Assembly (NCBI GenBank): GCA_949840345.1
Contig: CATKWX010000003.1
Coordinates: forward strand, 23,370 to 87,369
DNA length: 64,000 bases
Direction: 5' to 3'
DNA from: an uncultured Eubacteriales bacterium
Lineage (GTDB): Bacteria > Bacillota > Clostridia > TANB77 > CAG-508
Made by a program: the position numbers and the translations under genes. The notes under the pieces are model-generated. The model searched no databases. It saw only the letters and a program-made list of their open reading frames with translations, and had not been told where the DNA came from. Below, piece after piece: positions 1 through 15,000 of the stretch (positions are counted from its first letter, which is position 1; each line of letters opens with the position of its first letter).

Positions 1-3000
1 AATGGAAACCATATTCAATTATCTAATGTAGTACAAGTTGCAGCAGGAGAATTTCATGCAGTAGCTTTAACAGCAAATGGTAAAGTTTATATGTGGGGTT
101 ACAATTATTATGGTCAAGCAGGAAGTGTTACAAAAAGAACAGAATTGTATCCACAATTAATAAGCATGCCAAATAATGTTACTATAAAAGAAATTGGAGC
201 TGGAAAAGACTATACAGTAATGGTAACTACTGCTGGAAAAGTATTAGGTATAGGTGATAGTGCATATGGACAATTAGGTTATAAGAATAGTTTACAATTT
301 ACTTCTATTAGAGAAATAGAAGAAAACAAATCAGAAAAAGAATTACCTATAATAGAAAAAATATCTGCTGGTATGAGACATGTAGTTGCATTAGATAGTA
401 ATGGACAAGTTTGGTTATGGGGGCTTGATGCAGGAAATGCTTTTGATTTCACACCAATTTATCAAACAACATTAAATGGTTTAGAAGTTGGCGAAAAAAT
501 CCAAGAAATAGAAGCTGGACATGGTGGAAGAACAATGGCCCTAAGTTCAAATGGCAAAGTTTATACATGGGAATTAGGCGATATAGGACCTATCGAACCA
601 ATGAATTTAGATAATGTACAAGTAAGAACGGATAAAGAAAAAGATAATATAGCAATAGTAGGAACAGCTTATTATGTAGTAAGCACAGATAATAAAGTAT
701 ATGGTTGGGGATATAATCAGTTTGGACAACTAGGAATAGGAAATACAAATTCACCAATAAACGTACCAACAGAATTAGTAATAGATGATGCTGTTAAAAA
801 TAAAGAGATAGATAAAGTATCAAGTTATTCAGCTGGTTATTACTATTATGGTCCTGCAGAATATGCAATAAATTCAGATGGATATGTATTAGGTTGGGGA
901 GAAGCAGGAACAGATATAATAGATCCAAATTATACAGATGGAAGCAATAACTTTAAATTATTAGGAGATGGAACAAGATATACTGCAAATTATATAGGAA
1001 GCATAAGTGTAAAGAATATTGTAGGAGATGATATAGTATTAGATATAACAGCACAAGGATTACAAGCAGGAAAAGATAGCAAAAACGTTTTAGATGTATT
1101 AGATAATGGTGGATATGTAACAGGAGGAAGAGTAAACTTATATAATTCTTCAATAAGTGAAAATTCAAAAGATAGTTTAACAATAAAATCAGTAGATGAA
1201 ACAATAGCAAGCTATGACGAAAAAACTGGAATATTAGTAGGAAAACAACAAGGAAGAACACTAGTAGAAGTTGTAACTTCAAAAAATACTATATACTTAA
1301 ATGTAGAAGTTATAGGAGATAATGTTGCATTTGCAAAAGTGGAAACTAAAGATAACTTTACAGTTGCCTTAAAAGCAGACGGAACAGTTTGGGCTTGGGG
1401 ATATAATAGCAATTTAGGAATTATAGATTCAGAACACAGCAATTACACAGGAATAATAGTACCAACTCAAGTAAAAGGATTAGAAAATGTAAAAGACATA
1501 GCTGTAGGAACAAACTTTGTATTAGTATTAAAAACAGATGGAACAGTTTGGGCTTGGGGTGCAAATAATTATGGACAATTAGGAAATGGAACAATTGACA
1601 CATCATCATATGCATCAATATTAACAACAGAACCAAAATTAACACAAGTAAAGCGTTATCAATTAGATAAAGTAACAACAGATGAAAAGATAACAATGCC
1701 AACGCCAACAGTAAAAGATGATTCAGGCGAAAATGTAATATATGCATATACTGAAAATGGTGTTGAAAAAGAATGTTATTTAAATGATGCAAAAGATACA
1801 TATACAGATATAAACGGAAATATTGTAATAAAAAAAGATACAGACGGAATTTTATACAAATGGGAAAATGGAGCATTCAAAACACAACCTGTAACAAGAG
1901 ACGTTTTAGGAAATTATAAATTAGAAAATATTACATCAATATCAGCAGGAGAAAATTACTCACTAGCATTAGACAGCAATGGAAAAGTTTGGAGTTGGGG
2001 ATATAATGGACATAGAGAATTAGGATTAGGAAATACAACTTCAAACGAGACACGTGCAAAAGAAGTTAACTTAAGCAATTTAAGTAATGAAGAATCAATA
2101 AAACAAATTGAGGCTGGAAAATATACATCATATATACTAACAAATGTAGGAAATGTATATGCATTTGGATACAATGGAAATCATCAATGCGCGACAGCTG
2201 GAAACTTCTATATTCCTACAAAAGCTAGCGCATTAAATAAGATTATAAAAATATCAACTTCTGTGGCAGGTAACGGTAGTGCATTTGCATTAACTGTAAA
2301 TGGACAAGTATATGCATTTGGATATGGATATAATTATCCAACAATGTTAGGATTAGACAAAGTTGTAGATATTTCAGGTGCATCTGGAAACAATGGAGCA
2401 ATTGCAAAATTCTCAGATGGAACAATAGGATACTGGACCTCTGGAAATGTAAATAATTCTACAATTACAAAATTAAAAGCAGAAGATGGAACAGACTTTA
2501 ATAACGTAATGCTAATAGATGCAGGTTCAAACTACTATACTGTTGTAAAATCAGATGGAACAGTTTGGACAGTGGGATCAAATTCAAGTTATGGACAATT
2601 AGGTAATAGAACTACATTATCAACTGCTATACCAACACTAAAATGTATAAGCTATCCATATTTAACATTAGATAAGAATGAAGTTACATTAAGTATAGGA
2701 CAAACAAGCAATATCAATGCTAAATATAGCTATGGATTTAACTTATTAAATACAGAAAAAGATATTGATGTAACATATACATCAAAAGATGAAAATATTG
2801 CAACAGTATCAGGAAATACAATTTTAGCAAAACAAGCTGGAACAACATATGTAACAGTAGAAAATCAAGATACAGGAGCAAAATTAAGAGTAAAAGTAAA
2901 TGTATTAGCAAACGATGAAGTAACAATGCCAAATATATCTGTTGGCTATACTCATACAGTTGCAGTTAAAACAGATGGAACAGTTTGGGGATGGGGTCAA

Positions 3001-6000
3001 AACTCATACGGAGAATTAGGACAAACTTCAAATAACCCAGTAAAAACACCAGAAAAATTAGCTATTGATGTAAAAGTAAAAGACGTTGCAGCAGGACTTA
3101 ATGAAACATTAATGGTAACAGAAGACGGAAAAGTATTGGCTATGGGATATAATAACTATGGATTAGGAGATAATGCTAATACAACATCTAATAAACCAGT
3201 AATTGTAAAAACACAAGTAGTAGATGAAAATGGAAATGTTTCATATGTAGATTTAGAAAACATAGTAAAAGTAACAACATTTGATAATATTAATTTAGCA
3301 TTAGATAATACAGGAAAACTATATGCATGGGGATATAATGGAAGCGGATATGCAAAAGTTGTAAATACATTTGGATTAGAAGTAAGAGACATATCTGAAA
3401 GATTAATATTAACAGAAGACGGAAAAGTATGGGAATACGACAATTCAAATAGAATTACATTTAAAGATGGATTAGAAAATATAGTACAAGTATCAAGTTC
3501 AGCATATTCAAAAAATGCAACATATGGATATTATATTGCACTAGATGCTGAAGGAAATGTATATACTTGGACAAAAAACAACAATAGTACAAATTTAGTA
3601 TCTGGAACAGAAACAACAATACCTACAAAAGTAACATTTGCAGAAGGAGTAAACATTGTTGATATAGAAGCCGGAGTAAGAGTAGCTTATGCAAAAGACG
3701 AACTAGGAAACGTATATACTTGGGGTAGAAGTGCAATTGCTGGAACATTAGGATTAGGATCAAGTATAGGTTCAGTTACAGCACCAACAAAGATAGAAAC
3801 ATTAGCAAATATAGAAGTAATGGCAGCATCAAAATATAGTAGTAGCTATAATCGTACATTTGTATCAACAAACATTGGTACAGTTTATGGATTCGGAAGA
3901 AACTCAAATTATAGTTTACTTGGAAATATTGACACAACTTCTTACTATTATGAACCAGTACAAGTAGGACAAAGTTACTTAGGATTCATAGATGAAAATG
4001 GAAATGAAATAACAAGAGTATCAATTGAAAAAGGAAAAACTGCTACTGTAGAGACAAGTATGATTGACTCATTTAATATAAGAAATAGAAAATCAAGTTC
4101 AACTGATAGTAATTGCACATGGCGTGTAATCAATTCAGATTTATTAAGCATACTTGGAGGAGATAGAAAAGAAAATACAATAACAGCTAATAACATATTA
4201 GGTGAAGCAGTAGTAATTGCAGAAGAAATTGATGAAGAAGGAAATAAAACAGGAGTATATGCAAAACTATATGTAGATGTTGTAGAAACAGCTACACTAG
4301 TTACTCCAAAAATGGAATCTGTAGGAAATCATACGATAGCTTTAAAGGCAGACGGAACAGTATGGGCTTGGGGAAACAATGTAAATTACGGAAATTCAGG
4401 AACAATAGTAGAGCCAACTCAAGTAAGAATTGCAAAACAAGTTGAAGTAGTAGAACCACAAGCAAAGACAAATACAGACGGAACACCAAAAGTTGATGAT
4501 AATGGAACACAAATATATGCATATATGAACAATGGTGTAGAAGTAGAGTGTTATAAAGTTGGAAACAATTATACAGATTTATCAGGCAAATTTGTAATTA
4601 GACAAGATAGTAAAGATAATAAATTATATGCATGGGATGCAGAACAGAATAAATTTGCTTTAGAAGATTTAGTAGATAAAAATGGAGAAAAAATTGTTGT
4701 AGTAGATATTGCTACATCTAATAATCATACATTATTATTAACAAATACAGGAGATGTATATAGCTTTGGATATAACTACTATGGACAATTAGGATATTCA
4801 ACATCAAGTAACTATTCATACTTACCAATAAAAGTAACTGATTTAAGAGATATAGTAAAAATTGCAGTTGGAGATAATTACAGCTTAGCAATGGATAAAT
4901 ATGGAACATTATGGGCATTTGGATATCAAAGATATTATAAAAATAGAGTATATCATACATCAATAAATACAACAGTACCTAAACAAATAACAAAATTAGA
5001 AAATGTAGATTTAAGTGAAAACTTAAAAAATGCTATAGATATAACAAATGAATATATAGTAACAAAAGATGGAAAAGTATTTACAATAGGACTATATAAC
5101 AAAACATTAACAGCAGGACAACAAGTACCAGGAATTACTGGAAGTGTAATAAAAGCAACAAGAACAAGTAGTTCTGGAAATGGACATACAGCATTTTTAA
5201 CAGAAGATGGAGAAGTATTTACAATAGGAAGAGGAACATCAGGACAATTAGGAAATGATATATATTCTAATTCAAATAATACAGCAGTACAAGTATTATA
5301 TGGAGAGGAAAATTCTAAATTAACTAATATAAGAGACATAAATGTTGGAGAAAACCACACAATGGCTATTGGAAAAGATGGAACATTATATACTTGGGGA
5401 TATAATGGAAGTGGTGAGCTAAGAAATAGCACAGTAGAAGCAGGAGTAAATACAGCACGTGCATTCGAAGTTAAATCAGACGAAAAGATAAAAGATATAA
5501 TATTAGTTTCTGGTGGAGATGGGTTTACAGTAGTAGCTGATTCAACAGGATATGCGTTTGCTTGGGGAAGAGGAGAAATAGGGCAATTAGGAAATAGACT
5601 AGCAATAACAAGCTATAATGCAGTAAGAGTTGGAACAGAAGGAGCAACATTAAGTACAAATCATATAACTCTACAGGAAAATGGAGATAGTGTAAAAGTT
5701 ACAGGAGTAAGCAAATTATTAAATGTATTATACGAACAAGGAATAGATGTAGAAAGTGCAACATCAAATGACATTAGTATAACAACAACAGTTGTAAATA
5801 AAGATACAGACGAAATAACAATAAGACCAGTAAAGGCAGGAACAGCAAGCGTTACTGTAAGAACAAAATCTGCAATGGGTAAAGATTTTGAAAATATTAT
5901 ACAAGTAACAGTATTACCAGAAGTAGCAGAAATTGCAGATGATATTAAATTACCTTCAGATAGAATAATTATGCCTATGACAGTAAGTGGAAAAGCTCAT

Positions 6001-9000
6001 ACATTAATACTAAAATCAGATGGAACAGTTTGGGCATATGGAGATAATAGATATGGACAAACAGGTGCAAAAGTTAACTACTCAGACAAAGCAACCAAAG
6101 TAGAATTCCCAGTTGGAACTGCATCAATAATAGCAATAGCAGCAGGAGACGAGTTTAGCGTTGCATTAGATGCCGGAGGTAATGTATGGACATGGGGATA
6201 CAATGCAAATGGAAGATTAGGAACAGGAACTGCAGATTCAAGTGTACACGCAGAACCAACAAAAGTATTATCAAATATAGTAAAAATAGATGCAGGATTA
6301 AGTGAAGTTATCGCATTAGACAAAAACGGATATGCATATACTTGGGGTAAAAATAATGGCGGTTCTTTAGGAATAATTGGAACAAATGCAGATCAATATT
6401 CACCAGTAAGAATAAATAATATAGCAGGAATAATAGATGTAGCAGCTGGAGAATATCATGCAATGATATTAACATCAGATGGAACAGTATACACAACAGG
6501 TAGAAATACATCAGGGCAATTAGGAAGAGATGTACAAAAGAGCGAATACTTTGAAAAGGTAGAGTTAGGAGCAAAAATAGCATACATAGAAGCAGGAAAC
6601 AGATCAAGTGCAGCAATAGACGTATCTGGAAGATTATGGGTATGGGGAGAAAACTCAAATGGACAATTAGGTTTAGGAATAAATGATAATAGAGTAAATG
6701 AACCTAGACTTGTAACAACAATTAAAGAAATAGTACAAAATGCTTCAATTGGAGAAAATCATATACATGTAGTAACAAATACTGGAAGACTATATGTAGC
6801 TGGTTCTAATAATCGTGGGCAATTGGGAATTGGAAAATCAATAGATAAAATAAATACATTTAGACAAGTAACAAGCTTAGGAACTAGTGTTATGAATTCA
6901 AATGCTGGAACAACATATAGCACAGTTATAAAGAAAGACGGAACTGTTTTCGGATTTGGAGATTATGATATTACAAGAACAAACTTTACAGATAGCTATG
7001 AGCCAGTTATGATAACAAACACAACATTATATCTAGATGAACAAGAAGTAGTAGTTAACATAGATGGAACACATACAATAAATGCAAATGGACAATACAA
7101 ACTAAATGTATTACGCAAAGATAATTCTGACTTGACATATTCAACAGCAAATAAAGACATTGCAACAGTAGATAATTCTGGTGTAATAACAGGAGTTTCT
7201 GTAGGTACTACTATAATTAATGTAGAAGATAAAAACGAAGGAAAAACAAAATCAGTAATAGTAAAAGTAATACCAAAAGATGCTGTACAAGCACCAGCAA
7301 TTGAAGGTGGAGATAAATTCACAATAGTAACAAATGCAAGTGGAGAAAGTTATTCATTTGGTACAAATGATAATATTGCAAAAACAAATATACCATCACT
7401 ATTAAATAACAGCTTGTCATTTAATAGGATTAAAGCAGGAAGAGACTTTGTAGTTGGTATAAATAAAGATAAAACAGTTTGGGTATTAGGAGATAATACA
7501 AATCATCAATTAGGATTAGAAGGAATAGATGCAACAGATAAAATGACTGTATTAAATACAAATAACATTAACAACCTTGTTCAAATAGATGCAGGAGAAA
7601 CTCAAGTAATAGCATTAGATGAATTTGGAATAGTATATGTATGGGGAGATACAGTTGAAATTCCAACAGCTATAAGACCAGTAAATAATAGAGTAATATC
7701 AGTATCTGCTGGTGGAAACTACAGTGCAATAGCAGATATAGAAGGAAACGCATATATTCTTTCAAATGGAATAGCAACAAAAATTAACGGAATAGAGAAT
7801 GCTATAAAAGTTGCAACAGGCTCAGAATATACGATGGTTCTAACAAGTGAAGGTACAGTATATAAAGTACTTAATTTAGCACCAACTGTATATAGTGAGT
7901 TAACAGGTTTAGGTAAAGTAGTAGATATAAGTGTAAATAGCGATTCATTTATGTGCTTAAATAGCGACAAAGAATTATATACATTTGGAAACAATGCAAA
8001 TGGACAATTAGGATTAGAGAGTGCAAATAATAAAGTTAATAATCCAAGAAAAGCAGCTGAAGATGTATTTACAATGGGAGCAGGATATAACAATACATAC
8101 TATATTAATACAAATGGTGATGTACTTTCAGCAGGATTAAACACATCAGGAGAATTAGGAAATGGAACAAGCGCAAAAATAGATGCTATAACATATAAAT
8201 CAAGTAACAAATATGTAAAAGTTGGAGACCAAGAATTTGAGTTAGATCCAAAAGCAGTAAGAGTAGCACCAGATTGGAAAGTGTTAGTAGGAGAAAAGGA
8301 TTTAAAAGATAGAGCAGAAAAAGAAGAAAAAACAAAAGCTTCAACTATAAAAGAAAAATCTAATTTCAATGTATTTGGAAATGGAACATTTGATTTAGAT
8401 AAATATGAATTTGAAATAAGCAATACACAAATAGCAGAAATAACAGATGAAAAAGTGTTAGAAATAACAGCGAAGAATTTAGGAAAAACAGTATTAAAAA
8501 TAACAAACAAAGTAACAAAAGAAGAAAAAGAATTAACAATAAAAGTAGTTACAGAAGATTTATTAAGAATAGAAAATATGTTTATAAACGATACATTACA
8601 AGACTTTATTGCAGAGCCAGATGAAAATGTAGATAATAAATTTGTAGTAAATGTAGAAGGTTCAAACCCAACAGGTACATTAAACATAGAATTAGAATTT
8701 AATGATACAGTACAAGTAGAAGATGAAGATGGAAATATATTAACTGCAACATTTAATTCAGACAAAAATATTTGGCAAGTAGAAGGATTAGATTTAACAA
8801 AATCTGTACAAGAGTTAAAGATAACATTAACTGCAGATGATGGAAGCAAATATGAATTTATTCTACTAATATACAATGAACTTATTGTAAAAGTAAATGA
8901 TGTAATGCTATCTGCAAAAGATGTATTAAATAAAGAAACATTAAAAACAGAAAAAGTATTTACAAAATATGTAGATCCAAAATCTAATACAGCTAAAGTA

Positions 9001-12000
9001 GAAATATCTATAGATAATATTGAAAATAAAATACAATTAGAAACAACAGATGGAACTGTAATTAAAACTACAAATCCTGGTGAAGTATTTGAAATGGCAG
9101 ATTTAAGCTTACCAAATGTAGACAATAGATTTATAGTAAAAATATTAAATGCAAATGGAAAAGCAGAAAAACAATATGTATTAAGAATATCAAAATCTTC
9201 TATAGAAGCTATAAAAATAAAAGATATGAGCGAAATTAAAACTACAGATAGAGTTTTAGGAGAAGATGGCTCAGTATATCTACAAGAATTTAATGCACAA
9301 ATTCTTGATAAAAACAAACTTGCAAATATTACTATAGAATTAGAAAATAAAGATATAGCAAAAATAGAAATCGATGGAGTAGATAAAACTAGCGATATAA
9401 GTAATTCAAAATTAGTAATATCTAAAGAATTAGAAGAAGATGAAAGCAAAACTACAGATGTAGTAGTAAAGGTTACAACAAACGAAGGATATACTGAAGA
9501 CTACATAATAAAAGTTTCAACAATATCTTCAAATAACAATATAGATGTAATAAAATTAATAGATATTGGAGGTATTTCAAGAGATCCAATAGTAGAGTCA
9601 AGGGAAGTGCCAGGTAATATACTTGAAATAGTATTACATGATAAAACAGCAGAGTTAGATAAAACAATTGGAATAATACCATTAACAGAAAGCAAAAAGG
9701 CAACAATCTCTTTCAACGGAGGACTTACATTTATGAAACAAGGAAGAGATGTAGGTTTAGAGCCTAAAAAGGTAACAGATAATAAATATGAAGTACCTGT
9801 AATTGTAAAAGCAGAAAACGGAGACACAAAAGCATATACACTATATATCTATAAAGAATCAGAAAATACTGAAATAGAGGTATTAAAAGTTACAGGAACA
9901 CCAAGTAACTATGAGAGTACTGCTACAAGAACAAAGGGAACAAATAACTATATAGGAAAAGTAGTAAAAACAGATACTGGATATACATTATCAATTGATT
10001 TAGTAGATGAATATTCTATAATAGAGTCAATTACAGTAAACGATGAAGAATTAACAGGATTAACAGGTTCACAAGGAAAATATACTATTGACATAGATAG
10101 TGATAAGGTAGGAGAGACAATTAAGATAAAAGTAAAAGCAGAATATGGAAATACAGATACCTATGCATTAGTATTAAAGGAAATGGATGATAATGCTGAA
10201 TTCGATTCTGTAAAAATAGATGCAACAATATATAATGAATTAGAAACAGTTACAGAAATAAATGCAAAAGTAAAATCAACAGAGGATGGAAAACTAACAG
10301 TAAAAGCTGAAAGTGAATATGCAACAGTAAGAGTATATGAAGCAGATCCTAGAATAGATAATACAGTAAAACCTATTGCAGAAGGAACAGAAGAAGTAGA
10401 ATTAACTATCCCATTCAATGGAGCAAGAACAAAGACATTGTATTTAGAAGTAACTTCTGAAGATGGACAAAATAAAACAATAAAAGTATTAAATGCAACA
10501 AAAACAACTGACAATACAAATGTAACTAGCGTAACAGTAGATGGAGATTTGGCAACACTTGATGCAAAAGATGCAAGCAAAACAACATATACAATAGATG
10601 TATCAGAGTCAACAACTAATGCAACAATAGTTGTAACTGCAGAAGATGCAAATTCAACAGTACAAATAGATTCAGCATCTGGAAAAGGTAAAGTTGAAAT
10701 TACAACAGACATATCAAATGCAAATGAAGTTAAATTTACAGTAACATCAGAAGAAGGAACTAAGAAAAACTATACATTAAAATTGAATAAATTATCAGCA
10801 GATACAAGTTTCACTAAAGAATTACAAAACTCAGAGGGTGGTGTAGTAGCATCAAATAGTGAGTTTGTTCAAGATGCAACAGATAAGCTTAAATACAAAG
10901 TAGAGGTACTAGATAATTTAGGAGATATTAAACTAGTAATTAAACCAAACGATTCAAAGACAACAGTAGTAATAAAAGATAAAGACGGAAATGTAATACC
11001 AAATGGAGTAATACCATCAGATATAAGCCAAGACATTACAGTAGAAATGACATCTGAAGATGGAAATACTACAACATATACAATACAAGTAGTATCAAAA
11101 CATCATATGATACAATCAGCAAGCGTTACAGGAAACACAACAAATGCTAAGACAATTTCACTTACAGCAGAGGATATTGCTAAACTATATAAAGTTGTAA
11201 GAGTACATCCGGATTCTACACAAGCAAGCATATATGTAGAAGTAAATTCAAGCTATAGTTTAACAGGTGTAAATGCTAATGTAGCTTATATAGATAAAGA
11301 CGGAAATCCTTTACATGATGATTTAAAAGATGAAGATATAACAGCAAGTGTAACAGGAACAGTAAGCAGTAATAGAAGCTCAACATTTAATGTAAACTTA
11401 TTATCAGAAAAAGCTACTGTACAAGTAACATTAACAATATCTACTGGAGAAACACAAGTTTTAACATTAGATATAGTTAAAGGAAGCACAGAAGCTAAGT
11501 TAAACTATGTAGAATTAGTAGGTTCAACTCTAGGAGAAAAGAAAAAAGCAACATATGGAGATGCTGATACAACAAAAGAAATAGTTATGACTTCAAAAGA
11601 TAGTAAATTTACTATGGAAGCGGTAGCAAAAAACAATGGAACAGTTAAAATTTACAAATTAGAAGATCCAGAACAAGATTTTCAAACAGTAGATTTAGCA
11701 ACACTTACAGAAATTACAAACAAATCAGAAGTAACTTTATCAACAGAAGATTCATTGTATGTAATAGAAGTAACTTCAGAATTTGATAACAATAAGGCAC
11801 GTTACTTAGTAAATACAAGAAAACAACATAGTGATGCAAGCTTAGTAAACTTAACACTAACAGTAGGTAATGCTGAGAAAGGTGATACAGTAAAGCATTT
11901 AGGAGATTTCGGTAAATTTACTTATGATAAAGCAACAGATACTTATAAACTTACAGCTGGTGTTCCAGAAAAAATGGATAGCTTAACTATAAGTGAGTTA

Positions 12001-15000
12001 GTAGCAGACTCTAAAGCAAAAATAGAGTGGACAGATATAGGTGGAACAGAGTATGCAGAATATAAGGATAAAGACATAAAAGAATTATCTCAAGCAGATT
12101 TAATAGGAAATATTGAAAAACACATAAAGATAAAAGTAACAGCAGAAAATGGAACTGTTAAAAACTACGATATAACATTAAAAACAATAAACCCTAATAT
12201 GACAGTAGGAGACATTACTTTATACAATGTAACTGACCAAAAGAACGTAGATATAGAAAATAAGAATGACAAAAACAAAACAGCAAAAATACTACAATCA
12301 GTAAATGATGTTACAGTAAAAGGAATTGCTACTAATGGAGCAGTAAGCTTAAAAGTATTGTCAATAAATGGACATAAAATCAATGAAGAAGTAGCAACAG
12401 ATCCAGAATTCGTTATGAATGAAAATGCATTAGATATAAGTGTAGTTGGACCTTATACATATATAGACGAAGAAGGAAATACACAAACAATATCTGGAGA
12501 TGAAATTCAAACAATAGTTGTAGAAAGACAAGTAAAATCAGAAGGAAAACATTTATATCCAGCATATTACGAAGATGAGGAAATAAAAACAGATACTTTA
12601 ACAATTACAAAATTAATGACAGATGCAAACATAAAAGTTACATACTTAGATGATGGTACACCAAATACAATTACATCTACTAACTTTGGTGGAGTAAAGG
12701 TAGACAAAGATACGGGTGACAAAGTAAGAGAAGCAACAGTTTACTTAGCATCTGCACAAACAAGTGTAGTAATAAATAATATTACAGCTGATAATAAACA
12801 TGTAAAAGTATCACATAGAGGTAATGGAGATACATACACTTTATATAAAGCAGCTGCACCATATACAAGAGACTTCTCAGTAGATGATAAAGCAACTATT
12901 ACAGAAGAAATAGAAGTAACAACAGATGTAGAGGAAAATGACATAACATATAGAATTAAATTTGTTAAAAAATCTGCAAATAACAATATAAATACAGTAA
13001 CAGTAAATACAGATCAAGCGCAAAAAGTAGCAGATAGAGACGAATTTACACATGCAATATTATCATCAACAAACAAATTAGAAGTAGGAATTACAGATAT
13101 AGAGAAAAATGCAACAGTAAAAATGTATATATCAGCTATAAATAATATTGGTGTAACAACTTCAGATAAAGCAGTTACATATAGTGATGTAAGAGAAAAA
13201 GAAGAACTTAAAGACGCAACAAAAGATCTTTATGCACAATTATTAAATGCTTTAACTCAAACAAATATTGAAAGAAAAGATTTAAATAAAATTACTGTAA
13301 AAATAGAAGTACAAGCAGAAGATTCAGATGTAACTTTAAGAACATATACATTAAATATAGAAGTTCAGAACTCTAACTTAGTATCTATAAATGGTATAGA
13401 TCTAAATGGAAATATAAAGAAAACATCACAATTATTAGGTGGAGACTTTAGTGTTGGAAGCAATCCATATAAAACACCAATAATTAAAGTTGCATCAAGT
13501 GTATCTACAGTAGAATTGACAGATATAACATGCACAGGAGATGAAACAGCTATATTAACAGATGGATTAGGAAATGTACTAAAAAATAAGAGCCTAACAG
13601 TTAATGTAAGTGATACTGGAGTCACAGAAGCAAAAATTATTGTTACGCTAAATGGAGTTAAACAAGAATTTGTTGTAAGAATTCAAAAGAAATCAACAGA
13701 TGTAGCTATAAAAGAAATTAGTGCAGACTTAGATAAAACTAGTGCAACAAGCCAAACAACTGGAAGCTATGAACTAAACGTAAGAAGCACAGTTGACCCA
13801 GAAGTAAAAGTTACATTAAATGATACTGGTGCAAAAGTTAAAAAGGCAGTATCAAATGTAGCTGGAGTAAATGTATCAACTATTAAAAATAATACATTTA
13901 CAGTGTCAGGAATTGCAGAAGGTACACATAAAGATCCAAGTGCAATTGCTAAACAAATAGGAATAACTATTACAGTAGAAGCAGAAGATGGAAATACTCA
14001 AGATTATGTAATAATGTTAAATAGAAAACATACTGAAACTGGATTAGGAGTAGTTGCAGTTGAAGAGAGTTTTGTAGGAGACAATGTACCTCCAATAAAC
14101 TTCACAAATGTAAGCACAATAAATAGAACAATATCTTCAAGTACAAATGGAATAACAATTAAGAAAGCTCAAGCTAAATGTAATTTAGCAAAAGTATATG
14201 TACTAAACGATGCAGGAGAAAAACGAGAAATAGGAGAAATAGGCTTACATATAGACATAACTGCAGGAACTACTAAATCAATTAAGTTACTAGTTGTAGC
14301 TGAATATGGAAACGAAAGAACATATACATTAAATGTTAGAAGACAATCAGCAAATACAAACTTAAGTGGTGTAACAGTAACTTCAGGTGGAAAAGCTAAA
14401 CAAGATACAGTTAAACCTTATGAAATTGATATAAATGTAAGTGATAATCCAGCAATAGTAATAGCACCAAGCGATTCTAATGCAAAAGTTACAGGAATAA
14501 AAGTATATAGACAAGGTGAATCAAATACAGTAAATATTGCTAATATAAGCAGTATAGTAAATGGTACAACATTTAGCATAACAGATTTATCTAAACTATA
14601 TACAGATGATGATACAGAAGATGCAAGTGATGATTTAAATAGATATATTACAGTAGAAGTTGAAATTACAGCAGAGGACACAAATGTTAAAGCAACTCAC
14701 ATAATAACTTTAAATAGAAGACATATAGAAACTGGACTTCAAGATATTTCATATGAATATGAGCAAACAGTTGAAAAAGAAGTAGCAGTAGAACCAACAG
14801 AAGGTGAGACAACAGAAGGTGAGACAACAAAAGTAACAGTAACAGAAACAGTAGAAGGAACAGCTAAATTGAGTACAACAGAAACAAAAGAAATTTTTGT
14901 AAGCTCAACAACTGAAAGCATAGCCTTTGCAAAATTTGTACCAGCTTGTAAAGAAGCAGAAAAAGTAGAAATAACAGTAGATGGAGAAAAAGTAACACAA